A stretch of DNA of 64,000 nucleotides from Patescibacteria group bacterium. Lineage in GTDB: Bacteria > Patescibacteriota > Microgenomatia > 2-02-FULL-39-11. The notes beneath the pieces were generated by a model, which was not told the origin of the DNA, ran no database searches, and worked only from the letters and a program-made list of their open reading frames with translations. Position numbers and translations under genes: made by a program. The stretch covers positions 14,780 through 78,779 of the forward strand of contig JAMCUI010000007.1 in assembly GCA_023379265.1 (NCBI GenBank), given 5' to 3'. Shown piece by piece: positions 46,336 to 56,511 of this stretch (positions are counted from its first letter, which is position 1; each line of letters opens with the position of its first letter).

Positions 46336-49300
46336 TTGCTTGACTTTCATCTGAAGCTGCTTTACGCTGAAATTATGGTTCATCTAGGCGAAAATCTACC
46401 AACACCGGCCGACGCAATTATCCGAGCAAAAACGACTTACGATATGGTAAGAAAACGTCTTGGTGGAACTGTTAATACAACATTAACGCCAATTGAAATA
46501 ATCCGGAATTATAACGCAAATATTACACAAGGCCAACCAACATTTAATGAAAATCATCCTGAAAATATAGAAGCTGTCCGAAATGCACAACGGTATCAGC
46601 GTGATATAAACATGATGGGTTTACAGCCCGATGATGAATCCAGCGTAGTACAGCAAAAAATTAGAGATTTGGGAACGCTGGTAGGAAGCCTGGCGACAGA
46701 ACCTGAAAACATACTTTCGCACCTCAGACAATTTCAAGAACATGGAGCAAGACTTGGGCTGACCGGATCAACAATTGAGGAAATGGCTGCAAGTGTAGAT
46801 ACGATCTTGGCATCTGATGCTCCACTTGTCGGACTAGATTTAAATCATGATTCTCTTTTGGATATTGCTACATCTGTTTATGACACCCGCCATGATGCTG
46901 AACTTTCGGGTATGGGGAATGCCTTTACCGCACCAATGGATGAAGCGCTTCATGCTGTGGACGATTTCCGGCAACATGCTGATCGGTTGGGCATTGTAAA
47001 TGCAATAGGAAGGAATCAGCGGCCTATGAATGAACTTTTGGGAGACTTGGCAGACAGGGCACAAAGAGCAGGAGCGGGGGGCGGTACAACAGTAGCTGAA
47101 CAATTTGCTGCCGTTGATAGATTTGGAACGTTTAGAACACAAGCCACAAGAAATATCCGCATGGGGAATATTGACGCTCTCACCCGACACCAGATAGAAA
47201 ACAGGTTGAGAGATTATGCAGAAAACCTGGAACTAAGTAGAGATGGCAATGTGGACGAGGTTATCGGAAGAATTGAGAATTTTCTTACTACACAGATACA
47301 AACAGCAGGGTACGACATCACACAAAACATACCAGATTTGGTACGAACCATAAGAGCAGACCAGGATATCCTTTTCCGAGACAATCAACAACAGGGGGCA
47401 AGACGTCAACAACAACAACATCGGATACAAGAAATCGTCAACCGCGCAATTGGACTACGTAATATGGTTGACGCCGCTCTAATCACTGATCGGACTAATA
47501 CTATGCCTCTTAGGGAATTGGGCAGCCATGTCATAAACGACGCACAAATTGCAGGTGGTATTAATATTCAACAAAACCAACGGCCGCGCCTGGCATATGA
47601 AATTGCCCAAGATATTAGAAACCTCAGAAATAGCGTAAGGGCTGCACATTTTGGAAACCTTGCCAATCGTAGGATGGAGGAAATGGCACGGCAACTACGA
47701 ATACAAGGTCCTGCGCTCAGAGTAAAAGACTCAGCCAACCAACCGTTAGCAGTTATCGTCAGTGCTGCTGATAAAGTAATCAAGGAGGAAATTGGGGCGG
47801 GTGTTGAAAACGCAGATGATCTTGCTAATTCATTGCGCACGATACAAACCGACGTACAAAAATTCAGAGTAGCTGCCAAAAATGCTGGAATCGATGATGC
47901 TGATAATGCCCAGACTCCTACTGAATCGATTACCATGGAATTGCAAGCACGCGCAGGAGTCGCTCAACTGGAAAATATTGACAATTTATCTCCAACTGAG
48001 ATCGCTCAAAAACTTGTCGAGTTCAATAAGAAAATAAAGACTGCAAAAGTAGAAGTTGTTGCGGGGGATTTTAGCACAACAGTTGATAACATCTATAATA
48101 CTGCGGGGTTACTCCAAATCCCGGATCATCTAGACCAAACTCCTGAGGAACTTCTCGGACAGATCACTACAATTCTTCAAAATACCAGAACAGCCGGGTT
48201 TGCCGAAGTTCAGGCCGGGCATGTTGGAGACCTTATTGATGAGATGAGACATACAACCGGAGCATTGAGACTGACACAGGATGCACCACTTACTGACATC
48301 ATCACTTCTGCCACACAATATCGCACTGATGCGCAAACAATGGGATATGACAGAAATGCAGATATTCAGACGGTTGCCGATAATGTCAGAGGATTCAGAA
48401 CTCTAATAACGAAAAATAATATTGCCGGAGCAAGTCTTACAGAACAGGTTGCTACACTTGAAACACATCGTGCCACACTTGGTCTACCAGACCATACTGC
48501 TGCCTACCAAATACTAAATACAGTGGAAACTACCAGACAGGATGCCATAAGGATTCAAACAGGTTTTGACGCATACAATCAAAACGTCGGCGAATCACTC
48601 CGAGTAGTCAATGAGTTTCGTGACCACGCGCAAGCCTCAGGAGTCGCAGACGCAAGGGGAGAACATCAGGTTGATATAACCCATCTCATGACAAATATCA
48701 ACACAGATGCCAGAGCTGCAGGAATTGACGCGACAGATACTTGGCAAAATAAATTCGACGCAATTACGGCTTTACGCCATGATGCAGAAACCATAGCCGG
48801 AATCCAAAACGTAAATAACACATCAATGGACAATATCAAAAGACAGCTTCGCGGCATTGCAGAAGCAATAGGTTTTACCTTCAACGACAGCACATCAATC
48901 AGAAATTTTCTCACAGGTATTGACCGGTTCAACAATCTGGCAGCTGGGGCAGGTTACCAAAGAGCTCCCGGCACATCTTATACAGATATCGCTTCCCAAA
49001 TAAGACAGGACGCCCAACAATATTTTAATATTAATCAAAACGACAATGGGGTTTCCCTGGAGACTAGATTGGCACGGGTGAAGACTTTGCGTGATCATGC
49101 AGAAAAAGCTAAATATACCGGGGATGTCAGGGCAGATCAATTGTCAAGCGTGGTTGCCTTTATAAACACCGAGGCACAGGCAGCTGGACTTGATAATGCG
49201 TTAACTTTGGAAGTCAAGGCGGATACTTTGGTTAAATTAAGACAAAGAGCGATAGCAAGAGGGATAACCGATGCAAATACTGCACTTATGTCCACTTTAG

Positions 49301-51210
49301 CAGTAAATATCAAAACCGCAGGTACTGCAATCGGAAAAACTGGAAGTCTTGATGAAATATTAATAGCACTTGAGGAAACAAGCAGTCAAAGCGCTAGAGC
49401 AACCAGCGCTGTAGTTCCTCCTGCCGCCGACGCTCTTAGAATACAGGCTGAAAGAGTTACTAACTTAAGGCAGTTATTATCCACAGCGCTTCCCGGCGTT
49501 GACACTACTGGTAATTTGGATCCACTAATCGTTACGCTTCGAAATGATGCTACAGCAGCCCAAATAACCATAAATAACGCCGAGCTTCCTGAAACCATTG
49601 CTCAAAGACTGATAGATTTCAGAAGAAATGCTGAAGATGCCAGAGTTTTTGGGGCCATGACCCAAAGAGATATAAATGTCGTCGTAAGTCAAATCAGACA
49701 AGATGCCACAGTCCTTAATGTCGCAAACGCAAATGCTGACACACCGGCTAATCTTACTGCAGTGATCCACGGAATAATTCAAAGAGCCAGAGCTGCCGGC
49801 TTTCCGGATATTACACCGACAGCTGATTCGGCCAGAAACTTCAGAAATACTTTGACAGCTGCTGGCAACATACTTCACGCTGCTGCCAATGCGACACCGG
49901 ATGAGATCATAAATCTGGCCCGTACATACAGAGATAACGCCTTGGCAATCGGTATTGCCACGGCAAACACTGACATGCTTGAAGGTGATACCGGAGTAGT
50001 CAGAAGAGTTGACAATTTCGTGACTCTTGCTAATAATTACGGCTTTGCCGGTGCCAGATATGCCGATATAGAACCACAGATAAATACCATCAATCGTGCA
50101 TCACTAGGCCTCACCGCTGCAGCCACACGGGAAACAGTACTCAATGCAGTTGTTGAGAGAAAAACCCTAACAGGAAATATCGGAATGGCCAATGCCAGGG
50201 GAGCTGATATTGCCAACGTCATAAATGCTATTGACCAGTTTTGGACCAACGTGCAACACACCAACATTCCCGAGTTTACTCAAGCACACGCAGCAAGAAA
50301 TCTTGAACAACTACGACCCCTGCTTCGCACTCAAGCGGATATTGTAAACGCCTCTCCTACCGCAACACCCAGAGAAATGATTGTGACTATCGGAAATTTT
50401 AGAACAGACGGCGGGTTGATAGCGGTACCCAACGCCAATAACTGCCCTCTTGCCACAATAAGAACTGCTATAGATTCCTTTATAGGTGAAGCCGAAAAAG
50501 TTGGAGCGCCTAGAATAAATCCTGCCACTGGAGCAATAAATGATGTACAAACAATTGTGAATGACGTGAGGACAATTGCTCAAAATCTGGGAGTAGCAAA
50601 TGCCATGGCAGATTCAATACCAACAATTCTTCCACAAATTTTATTCTTTCAGGAAAGAGTCCGTCAAGAAACATCTCTTATCCATGATGCCGGACCCGGT
50701 AGGGCACGAATTGATATTGCCAGAGTAGATTGGTTAAACACTCAAACCAATGACGCAGCGGCTCAAATCATGCTACTACATAATATAGCTATATTGACTG
50801 GAACAGATATTCGTCGCAACGGCCACAATGCAAGACCTGACAATGGAGGAATCATCGCGGTTCAGCGAAACAGAATCGTTGCTACAAGAGCAGGAGCCAA
50901 CCCAGCGGTTACTGCTGATTTAGATATAGAAGATCAAAATATGAGAGAGGTGCAAGCCTATTTGGCTGGTTTCAATCGAATGAATATATCAAATCTTCTT
51001 GGGCTTATTACAACACGCCAGATTATGACTGACCCCACCGTACCAGCAGGTCTTCGTCAGGCATTTAAGACTATACCAAGCGAGGTATGGACACGACTTC
51101 CTCAGGCCGGACCTCTTCGTGGAATGAACCCAAATCGTTTATACACAATCAAAGTTGCCAGAATACTTGCTGGATTGCCGGTAGAACAGATAAATGGAGC
51201 AATTATTTAG
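46336..51210 (+). CDS. giant (about 1610-1624 aa) Ala/Arg/Gln/Thr/Asn-rich protein built from ~35 degenerate ~45-aa repeats; function unknown
   Basis: The long ORF starts at TTG 46336 or ATG 46374. It has no TM and no signal peptide. A recurring motif (F/L/I)R-x-(D/H/N)A-x-x-x-G-(I/L/F/Y)-x-x-A appears about every 40-50 residues. Examples are FRQHADRLGI, FRDHAQASGVADA, LRQRAIARGITDA and YRDNALAIGIATA. G+C is markedly higher than the flanks. Confidence 0.55.
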   Translation: MLDFHLKLLYAEIMVHLGENLPTPADAIIRAKTTYDMVRKRLGGTVNTTLTPIEIIRNYNANITQGQPTFNENHPENIEAVRNAQRYQRDINMMGLQPDDESSVVQQKIRDLGTLVGSLATEPENILSHLRQFQEHGARLGLTGSTIEEMAASVDTILASDAPLVGLDLNHDSLLDIATSVYDTRHDAELSGMGNAFTAPMDEALHAVDDFRQHADRLGIVNAIGRNQRPMNELLGDLADRAQRAGAGGGTTVAEQFAAVDRFGTFRTQATRNIRMGNIDALTRHQIENRLRDYAENLELSRDGNVDEVIGRIENFLTTQIQTAGYDITQNIPDLVRTIRADQDILFRDNQQQGARRQQQQHRIQEIVNRAIGLRNMVDAALITDRTNTMPLRELGSHVINDAQIAGGINIQQNQRPRLAYEIAQDIRNLRNSVRAAHFGNLANRRMEEMARQLRIQGPALRVKDSANQPLAVIVSAADKVIKEEIGAGVENADDLANSLRTIQTDVQKFRVAAKNAGIDDADNAQTPTESITMELQARAGVAQLENIDNLSPTEIAQKLVEFNKKIKTAKVEVVAGDFSTTVDNIYNTAGLLQIPDHLDQTPEELLGQITTILQNTRTAGFAEVQAGHVGDLIDEMRHTTGALRLTQDAPLTDIITSATQYRTDAQTMGYDRNADIQTVADNVRGFRTLITKNNIAGASLTEQVATLETHRATLGLPDHTAAYQILNTVETTRQDAIRIQTGFDAYNQNVGESLRVVNEFRDHAQASGVADARGEHQVDITHLMTNINTDARAAGIDATDTWQNKFDAITALRHDAETIAGIQNVNNTSMDNIKRQLRGIAEAIGFTFNDSTSIRNFLTGIDRFNNLAAGAGYQRAPGTSYTDIASQIRQDAQQYFNINQNDNGVSLETRLARVKTLRDHAEKAKYTGDVRADQLSSVVAFINTEAQAAGLDNALTLEVKADTLVKLRQRAIARGITDANTALMSTLAVNIKTAGTAIGKTGSLDEILIALEETSSQSARATSAVVPPAADALRIQAERVTNLRQLLSTALPGVDTTGNLDPLIVTLRNDATAAQITINNAELPETIAQRLIDFRRNAEDARVFGAMTQRDINVVVSQIRQDATVLNVANANADTPANLTAVIHGIIQRARAAGFPDITPTADSARNFRNTLTAAGNILHAAANATPDEIINLARTYRDNALAIGIATANTDMLEGDTGVVRRVDNFVTLANNYGFAGARYADIEPQINTINRASLGLTAAATRETVLNAVVERKTLTGNIGMANARGADIANVINAIDQFWTNVQHTNIPEFTQAHAARNLEQLRPLLRTQADIVNASPTATPREMIVTIGNFRTDGGLIAVPNANNCPLATIRTAIDSFIGEAEKVGAPRINPATGAINDVQTIVNDVRTIAQNLGVANAMADSIPTILPQILFFQERVRQETSLIHDAGPGRARIDIARVDWLNTQTNDAAAQIMLLHNIAILTGTDIRRNGHNARPDNGGIIAVQRNRIVATRAGANPAVTADLDIEDQNMREVQAYLAGFNRMNISNLLGLITTRQIMTDPTVPAGLRQAFKTIPSEVWTRLPQAGPLRGMNPNRLYTIKVARILAGLPVEQINGAII

Positions 51211-51592
51211 TAGAAGAAGAACCTGGTAAAGCCTTTCCATTCACTTCAACTTTCGAAGAAATCATTTGTTTGAATTCATCTCTTAACTGCGTAATCGTCT
51301 CGCTCTCTTGTTGTTCACGCAAATCACGCATAAATTTTTGATATACCTGATCTTCTATTTTCCTATATAAACTCTTATCCATTGATCTTTTTCCTTCTTG
51401 TACATCCAGAAGCGCTCTTTCAAATTCATATTGGATGTTGGCCTTTAGATAGTCATAGTATGCTGACCATAAGATTTTCTCTAGCATCAGTTTCTGGTCG
51501 GGAGTATATGACCCGATTTTAGCAAGAGTATCCTGCCTGACTTTTTCATCAATCGGCAGGAATTTAAGAAGCTGCTGCGTCGTTACAACCAT
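51203..51592 (-). CDS. hypothetical protein
   Basis: 129-aa charged helical ORF, convergent with the giant gene. No motifs recognised. Confidence 0.35.
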   Translation of the reverse strand: MVVTTQQLLKFLPIDEKVRQDTLAKIGSYTPDQKLMLEKILWSAYYDYLKANIQYEFERALLDVQEGKRSMDKSLYRKIEDQVYQKFMRDLREQQESETITQLRDEFKQMISSKVEVNGKALPGSSSTK

Positions 51593-51607
51593 ATTTACCT
51601 TAAAAAT

Positions 51608-53761
51608 TTAGACAGGATAATTTTCAATTCTATTCTCTACCACTTTCATCATATCAAATATTGCCAATTGTAAATCTACACGAGATAAGCTTCCCCCTTC
51701 ATAAAGAGTTCTTAAGGCTGAAAGCGCTTGTTCCAACCTGTCGCCAGGATTTAAGGTCAACTCAAACCGCTCAACTAGAATATCTGCCACTGCTTCCGGA
51801 GGTAAAAGCTCAGAAGCCCATCTGGCATGGTCAACCGCCTGAACGCCACCCGGAACTCTTCCAAAAACAAGTCTCTGTATCATGCTATAACCGTGAAGAA
51901 GCGTCACGTTGGTTCTTGTAGCATCACCCGGTGGCGCTACAATCGTCTCTTGAGATATATCAGTCAAACTTTGCATGGAAAACTCCTGTTGATTATCAGG
52001 ATCATTAAGTTCTCCATGAATCTGTCCGTATCTAAGAAGTGCAGCCTTTGCAGTGTCGATTATGTGTATAACATCTTCTGATGCCGATATAGGCTTTTCC
52101 GCATCTTTAACCACTTCACTTAGTCTCAAAATTTCAGTTTCTAAATTGGTTATCTCACCCGTCAACTGAGTGACCTCCTGATCTTTTACCTGCCGTTCTC
52201 GCTCTTTTGTCGGAATACTGGCTAAATCTCTTTTCACTTCAGTTAATCTCGTTTGTTTTGCAGCCAATCCTCTTTCAGTATTTCGCCTATCAACTTCAGC
52301 CAGCCTTGAATTAAATTCCGCTTCATCTTCCTGCCACTCGGTTTTATATTGCCGAGCCAGTCCTATATTATTATGAACCATTGCATCATTATAAAGTCTT
52401 CTATTTTCACGACGAGCCTCCTCTTTTTCCCTTTCGATAGTACTTCTTGCCTCGGTCATTTCTCTTATTTCCCCCTCCAAATTTCCCTGTTCCTGCTGTA
52501 AACTTGCCTGGTTGTTTCTTAAACCCTGCAACTCTCCCTCAAGTCTTGTAACTGCTTCCCTTGCAGTTTGCAATTGAGATCTTTTTTCTGTTCTTCTGGC
52601 CTTTGCATCCTCTAACTCCTCACCCCGCATCTGTTTTTGAGCTTCTGTCATTCTCGGTTTTGCTGCTGCAGCCCTTTTAGAATCAAGTTGCTCGATTACA
52701 GGTCTAAATACCTTTCCAGGCTCAGTATTAAGTAATTCCAACGCCCTCTCGGTAAAATGCACTACAGTCTCTCTCTGAGCCTTATCCCATATTTCCACCC
52801 TCCGCTGTTGAGATAAAGGACCAACAAACATACCTCCCTCTCTTGCTCTTCTCATCCTATAACCATTCCACCGACTTGCAACGTTATATCCCAAAGCATC
52901 TGGATTTACCTGTGCATTTCCCGCTGCAGTTAAGGCAAAGGAATCCCAACTGGTAAAATTACCCATCATATTTAGCTTTACCCCCAATAGATGATAAAGA
53001 TCGGCGTGCGCCCGACCTGTCTCCATTAATTCAGTCACCACCCTATCATCTGTTGCCAAAGAATTATCTCTCATATATTCCAAATAGGCTCTCTCCTCAG
53101 CTGGTAAAAAATTCCAGCTGATTGCTCCCGCACCTCTGTTTAATACGAGCCTGCCTTGAGCATCTATTAATCCAAAAGCATCAACAAGCTGATTTATCGC
53201 TTGCCTCACACCCTCACTTAATCTTTGTATTTGACCGGCATACGCATCCAAAACCACTTCTCTATCGGCAGGCCGGGGGACATCCCCTCTTGCACCTGTC
53301 ATCGCTTCCTGTCTAACCATAAGTTTGCGGAACAATTCAGTTTCAGACATGACGTGAATAGCGATTATTCCTGCCTCTGATTTTACTAGTTCGCTAAAAT
53401 CACCGTTCGCCCTTTTATAGAGTTCAAGAAATGTCTTCTGATCTGCTAACAAAACTCCTCCCGCATCCTGATATTGTTCAAGTTGAGCTCCAATATTCTC
53501 TCCCATCTTTTGGTATTCCTTCATTACTCTTGGATCAGCAATTATTTCATGGAGAGCTGGCCTACCAAATTCTCTTCCTTTCCATTTTGTTACATTTGGT
53601 TGAGATGGAGTACGTTCGTGAGGCGCATTCCTTTGCTGAGGCTCAGGAGTATCCACATGAGGGCGAGGCGTGTTTGCCGCCGGAGCCATAGCAGCAGGTT
53701 CTATAGTTGTATGAGCCGGTGGCATCGCTTGCGGTAATGTATCTGGAGTCGCTTGTGCCAT
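51608..53761 (-). CDS. coiled-coil protein with Pro/Ala-rich N-terminus (717 aa)
   Basis: The N-terminal ~60 aa are P/A/T-rich. The central ~250 aa have strong heptad, coiled-coil character (RLEGELQGLRNNQASLQQEQGNLEGEIREMTEARSTIEREKEEARREN...). There is no TM. G+C is elevated. Confidence 0.45.
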   Translation of the reverse strand: MAQATPDTLPQAMPPAHTTIEPAAMAPAANTPRPHVDTPEPQQRNAPHERTPSQPNVTKWKGREFGRPALHEIIADPRVMKEYQKMGENIGAQLEQYQDAGGVLLADQKTFLELYKRANGDFSELVKSEAGIIAIHVMSETELFRKLMVRQEAMTGARGDVPRPADREVVLDAYAGQIQRLSEGVRQAINQLVDAFGLIDAQGRLVLNRGAGAISWNFLPAEERAYLEYMRDNSLATDDRVVTELMETGRAHADLYHLLGVKLNMMGNFTSWDSFALTAAGNAQVNPDALGYNVASRWNGYRMRRAREGGMFVGPLSQQRRVEIWDKAQRETVVHFTERALELLNTEPGKVFRPVIEQLDSKRAAAAKPRMTEAQKQMRGEELEDAKARRTEKRSQLQTAREAVTRLEGELQGLRNNQASLQQEQGNLEGEIREMTEARSTIEREKEEARRENRRLYNDAMVHNNIGLARQYKTEWQEDEAEFNSRLAEVDRRNTERGLAAKQTRLTEVKRDLASIPTKERERQVKDQEVTQLTGEITNLETEILRLSEVVKDAEKPISASEDVIHIIDTAKAALLRYGQIHGELNDPDNQQEFSMQSLTDISQETIVAPPGDATRTNVTLLHGYSMIQRLVFGRVPGGVQAVDHARWASELLPPEAVADILVERFELTLNPGDRLEQALSALRTLYEGGSLSRVDLQLAIFDMMKVVENRIENYPV

Positions 53762-53834
53762 AATTTCAGCCTAGCAAATGAGGTAGGGAAATGCAACTGC
53801 CGGCAAAATATCTTTCGAACAAATACTGGAAAAT

Positions 53835-55781
53835 GTGTCAGCCGCTATGTATGATAGAAGCATGGTACTAGCTGAAGCACCGGTCACACCACCAGTTGTA
53901 GAAGCACCACACGCTCCCGCGCCTTATGTGGAACCTAAACTCCCCGGTGAAGCACCTGAACAAGCGGCTCCCGGAGAGGATGCACGACTCCATAAAGATT
54001 TCAAACAACTTATTCAGATTGACGGGACAGCCAACGGTAACAGGGCATTGGTTGATAGGGGATACGCCAAAAAAGAGACAGTTACCGCGGAATTTAAGGC
54101 AGCGGGGAAAAATGTAGGGGATGCTGCAGTACAGCAGGAAATTGATACTGAAGTGCAAAGAAGAGAAACGGAACAGCAGGATGCTAGAAAACCCAAAAAA
54201 GAAGACGCGTCAGAGGAAATGATTGCGGCTGAGGCAAAAAAGATGGCGGCAGAGGACGGACCATGGAAAGGAAAAGACGCGAATGACCCTGCATTGAGGG
54301 AAGAAGCTGCCCTTAGAGCGGCACAAAAAAGGATTGACGGATTGACAGGCGCTTATGACATTCTTTATACCGCACAGGACGCTGTAGCCTCCTACAATGC
54401 TGCTGTAGAAAGCGCCATCCAAGGGGAGGGCAACCGGCTTATCCAAGAGGAAATTGCAAAAAGGAATGCCCAGGCTCATCTTAAAACTCCTCCCGATCCT
54501 GATATTACTGATTTACCTGATGGGGAAAAAGAACAAATTAGAGCTGGAATTAATAGAAGTGAAGTCGGGAAAAGAGTCAAAAGAGAAGATTATTATGATC
54601 CGGACAATCGCAAATATCACAAAGTTGGCGCAGACGGAAAACCGACTGCAGACGTAGTCTCCTACGACGACGCGTACGAAGCCATGTATGAAGAACTCAT
54701 CAGAGTCTCTGGCTTACCACCTGCTGCTGACGGTACACCCAATCCTGATGCTGAAAGAGCCCAACAACTGTTAAAGTCACTTCACTACAATAGGGATGAA
54801 AATGCCTTCCAGGTATATACTCCGGAGCAAAAAATGCTCAAAGAGCGTGAAGCAGGACAGGAACTCCTTATCCAGACAGCCGAAAATGTCTTTAACTCCA
54901 TTTGCGACCAGGGAGTACCGCCAGCAAAAGAAGCGTCTTCGCTTGTTTCCTCACTCGGACTCTTTCTTGACCGCTTAAAAACAACCAACCCCCCGCTTAA
55001 TCCTTTACAACGCAACATGGTTCTGGCAGCTATAAATGAGAGACTGATGGGTCTTGCCAATGCCCAAACAGCAGTCATTGTCTCCGCAGAAGACGCCCGA
55101 ATGCTTGATATGCTGAAGAAAAAACCAGGCGCTATAAGACAGCTAAACGCTTTCAAAAACAACCAGGCGCTTAAAGGCATGATGAGTGACATACACAGTT
55201 CTATAAAACAAGGTTATGTGGATATCATAATGGGCACCACCCAGCACGACGTAAACATGGAACATTTCTTCCAGTCAGTTAGCCTTGCTGCGCTTTGCCG
55301 GGAACAGGGATTGACTAAACCGTCGGAAGTAAAACGGATACTGGTAAAATTCAAGATAGCCCTGACAGCTGGAGATCAACAATTGATAACTTTCCTTGCA
55401 GGGGAAGACACAGGGGGAATACGCACAAAACTTCCGGGGGGTAAAAAAGAAAATACCAACCTTGACCAAATGCTCGATCTTATAGGCATGAACGCTAAAG
55501 ATATAGGCGATTTCCCCAAATATATAGCTGCCAACGCTAAACGGATTGTGGAAAACGCGGCCATGCCTGGAGAAACCAGCCAGGCAAACTGGGCAGAAGT
55601 TGCCAAAAACAGGGAAGCCGCGCTTCGCGGTCATGCAGTGATAGCAGAAAAGTTCGTCAAAGATCCAAAGTTTAAGCTTGATGCAGGAAAAATTCTTATG
55701 CTTATTATGGGCGGTGGAACAGTCATGGGATTAGTACAACCAATACTCGAAACAAACCCCGAAGAGAAACAACAAACATGA
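53835..55781 (+). CDS. Pro/Ala-rich protein with C-terminal tail-anchor TM (648 aa)
   Basis: The N-terminus is PVTPPVVEAPHAPAPYVEPKLPGEAPEQAAPGEDA. There is a single C-terminal hydrophobic segment ILMLIMGGGTVMGLVQPIL followed by an acidic tail. It is divergent from the 717-aa gene across a 73-bp spacer. Confidence 0.45.
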   Translation: MSAAMYDRSMVLAEAPVTPPVVEAPHAPAPYVEPKLPGEAPEQAAPGEDARLHKDFKQLIQIDGTANGNRALVDRGYAKKETVTAEFKAAGKNVGDAAVQQEIDTEVQRRETEQQDARKPKKEDASEEMIAAEAKKMAAEDGPWKGKDANDPALREEAALRAAQKRIDGLTGAYDILYTAQDAVASYNAAVESAIQGEGNRLIQEEIAKRNAQAHLKTPPDPDITDLPDGEKEQIRAGINRSEVGKRVKREDYYDPDNRKYHKVGADGKPTADVVSYDDAYEAMYEELIRVSGLPPAADGTPNPDAERAQQLLKSLHYNRDENAFQVYTPEQKMLKEREAGQELLIQTAENVFNSICDQGVPPAKEASSLVSSLGLFLDRLKTTNPPLNPLQRNMVLAAINERLMGLANAQTAVIVSAEDARMLDMLKKKPGAIRQLNAFKNNQALKGMMSDIHSSIKQGYVDIIMGTTQHDVNMEHFFQSVSLAALCREQGLTKPSEVKRILVKFKIALTAGDQQLITFLAGEDTGGIRTKLPGGKKENTNLDQMLDLIGMNAKDIGDFPKYIAANAKRIVENAAMPGETSQANWAEVAKNREAALRGHAVIAEKFVKDPKFKLDAGKILMLIMGGGTVMGLVQPILETNPEEKQQT

Positions 55782-55796
55782 AGTCTGAACTAAATT

Positions 55797-56507
55797 ATGA
55801 TCATCCAGATTTTGCTATTCCTCATATTACTTATCCTTCTCTATTTTATTAGCAAAAAAATCTCTTCTGCAATTTATACTATATTTCTTCTAATATCGAA
55901 AAACAAACATTTTACAAACATTCTATTGGCGCTTATATTCTTACCCGGAACCATTCTTCATGAGATGTCCCATTTCCTTGTCGCAACGGTACTTAGAGTA
56001 CCCACAGGAAATCTGTCGGTTCTTCCAGAGCAGGAAAAAGAGGGGGAAATAAAGGCTGGGAAATTGGAACTTGGCAAAGCTGATCCTTTCCGATATTCCT
56101 TAATAGGCCTTGCGCCAATTTTGACCGGCCTAACTGTTATCTTTATTTTAGGCAAAAACTATGGTTTAGAGCTTAATTTTTTGCTTAACTTCAAAATAAC
56201 AGTCATACAACTTGCAGTATTTTTCGTTTCTATAATTATCTCAGTCACTATGTTTTCCAGCAGAAAAGACGCAGAAAGCTTGATCATTTCAGGTCCGATT
56301 ATTTTACTAATATCCATATCTTTATACCTGATAGGAGTAAGGGTCATCCTCAATCAAAATCTGGCAGAAGCAATTACGGCCTTTTTTACAGACATCAATA
56401 AGTATCTATTGTTCATTCTTATACTAGACTGGCTTCTACTGATAATATTGCAACTAATGGTAAATCTTTTGAGTAAAATATTGGGAAGAAAATTTATTGA
56501 AAGATAG
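55797..56507 (+). CDS. polytopic membrane protein with intramembrane HExxH (HEMSH) motif, putative zinc metalloprotease
   Basis: 236 aa with about 6 TM helices. HEMSHFLVA lies at the end of TM2. Composition is host-like and AT-rich, starting 16 bp after the GC-rich block. Confidence 0.4.
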   Translation: MIIQILLFLILLILLYFISKKISSAIYTIFLLISKNKHFTNILLALIFLPGTILHEMSHFLVATVLRVPTGNLSVLPEQEKEGEIKAGKLELGKADPFRYSLIGLAPILTGLTVIFILGKNYGLELNFLLNFKITVIQLAVFFVSIIISVTMFSSRKDAESLIISGPIILLISISLYLIGVRVILNQNLAEAITAFFTDINKYLLFILILDWLLLIILQLMVNLLSKILGRKFIER

Positions 56508-56511
56508 AAAT

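Noticed and set aside
46840-50583. Numerous 60-120-aa antisense ORFs inside the giant gene, e.g. 47568-47936 and 49525-49878
   Set aside because: Expected stop-codon depletion on the antisense strand of a GC-richer coding region. All are nested within a much longer, internally consistent sense ORF.
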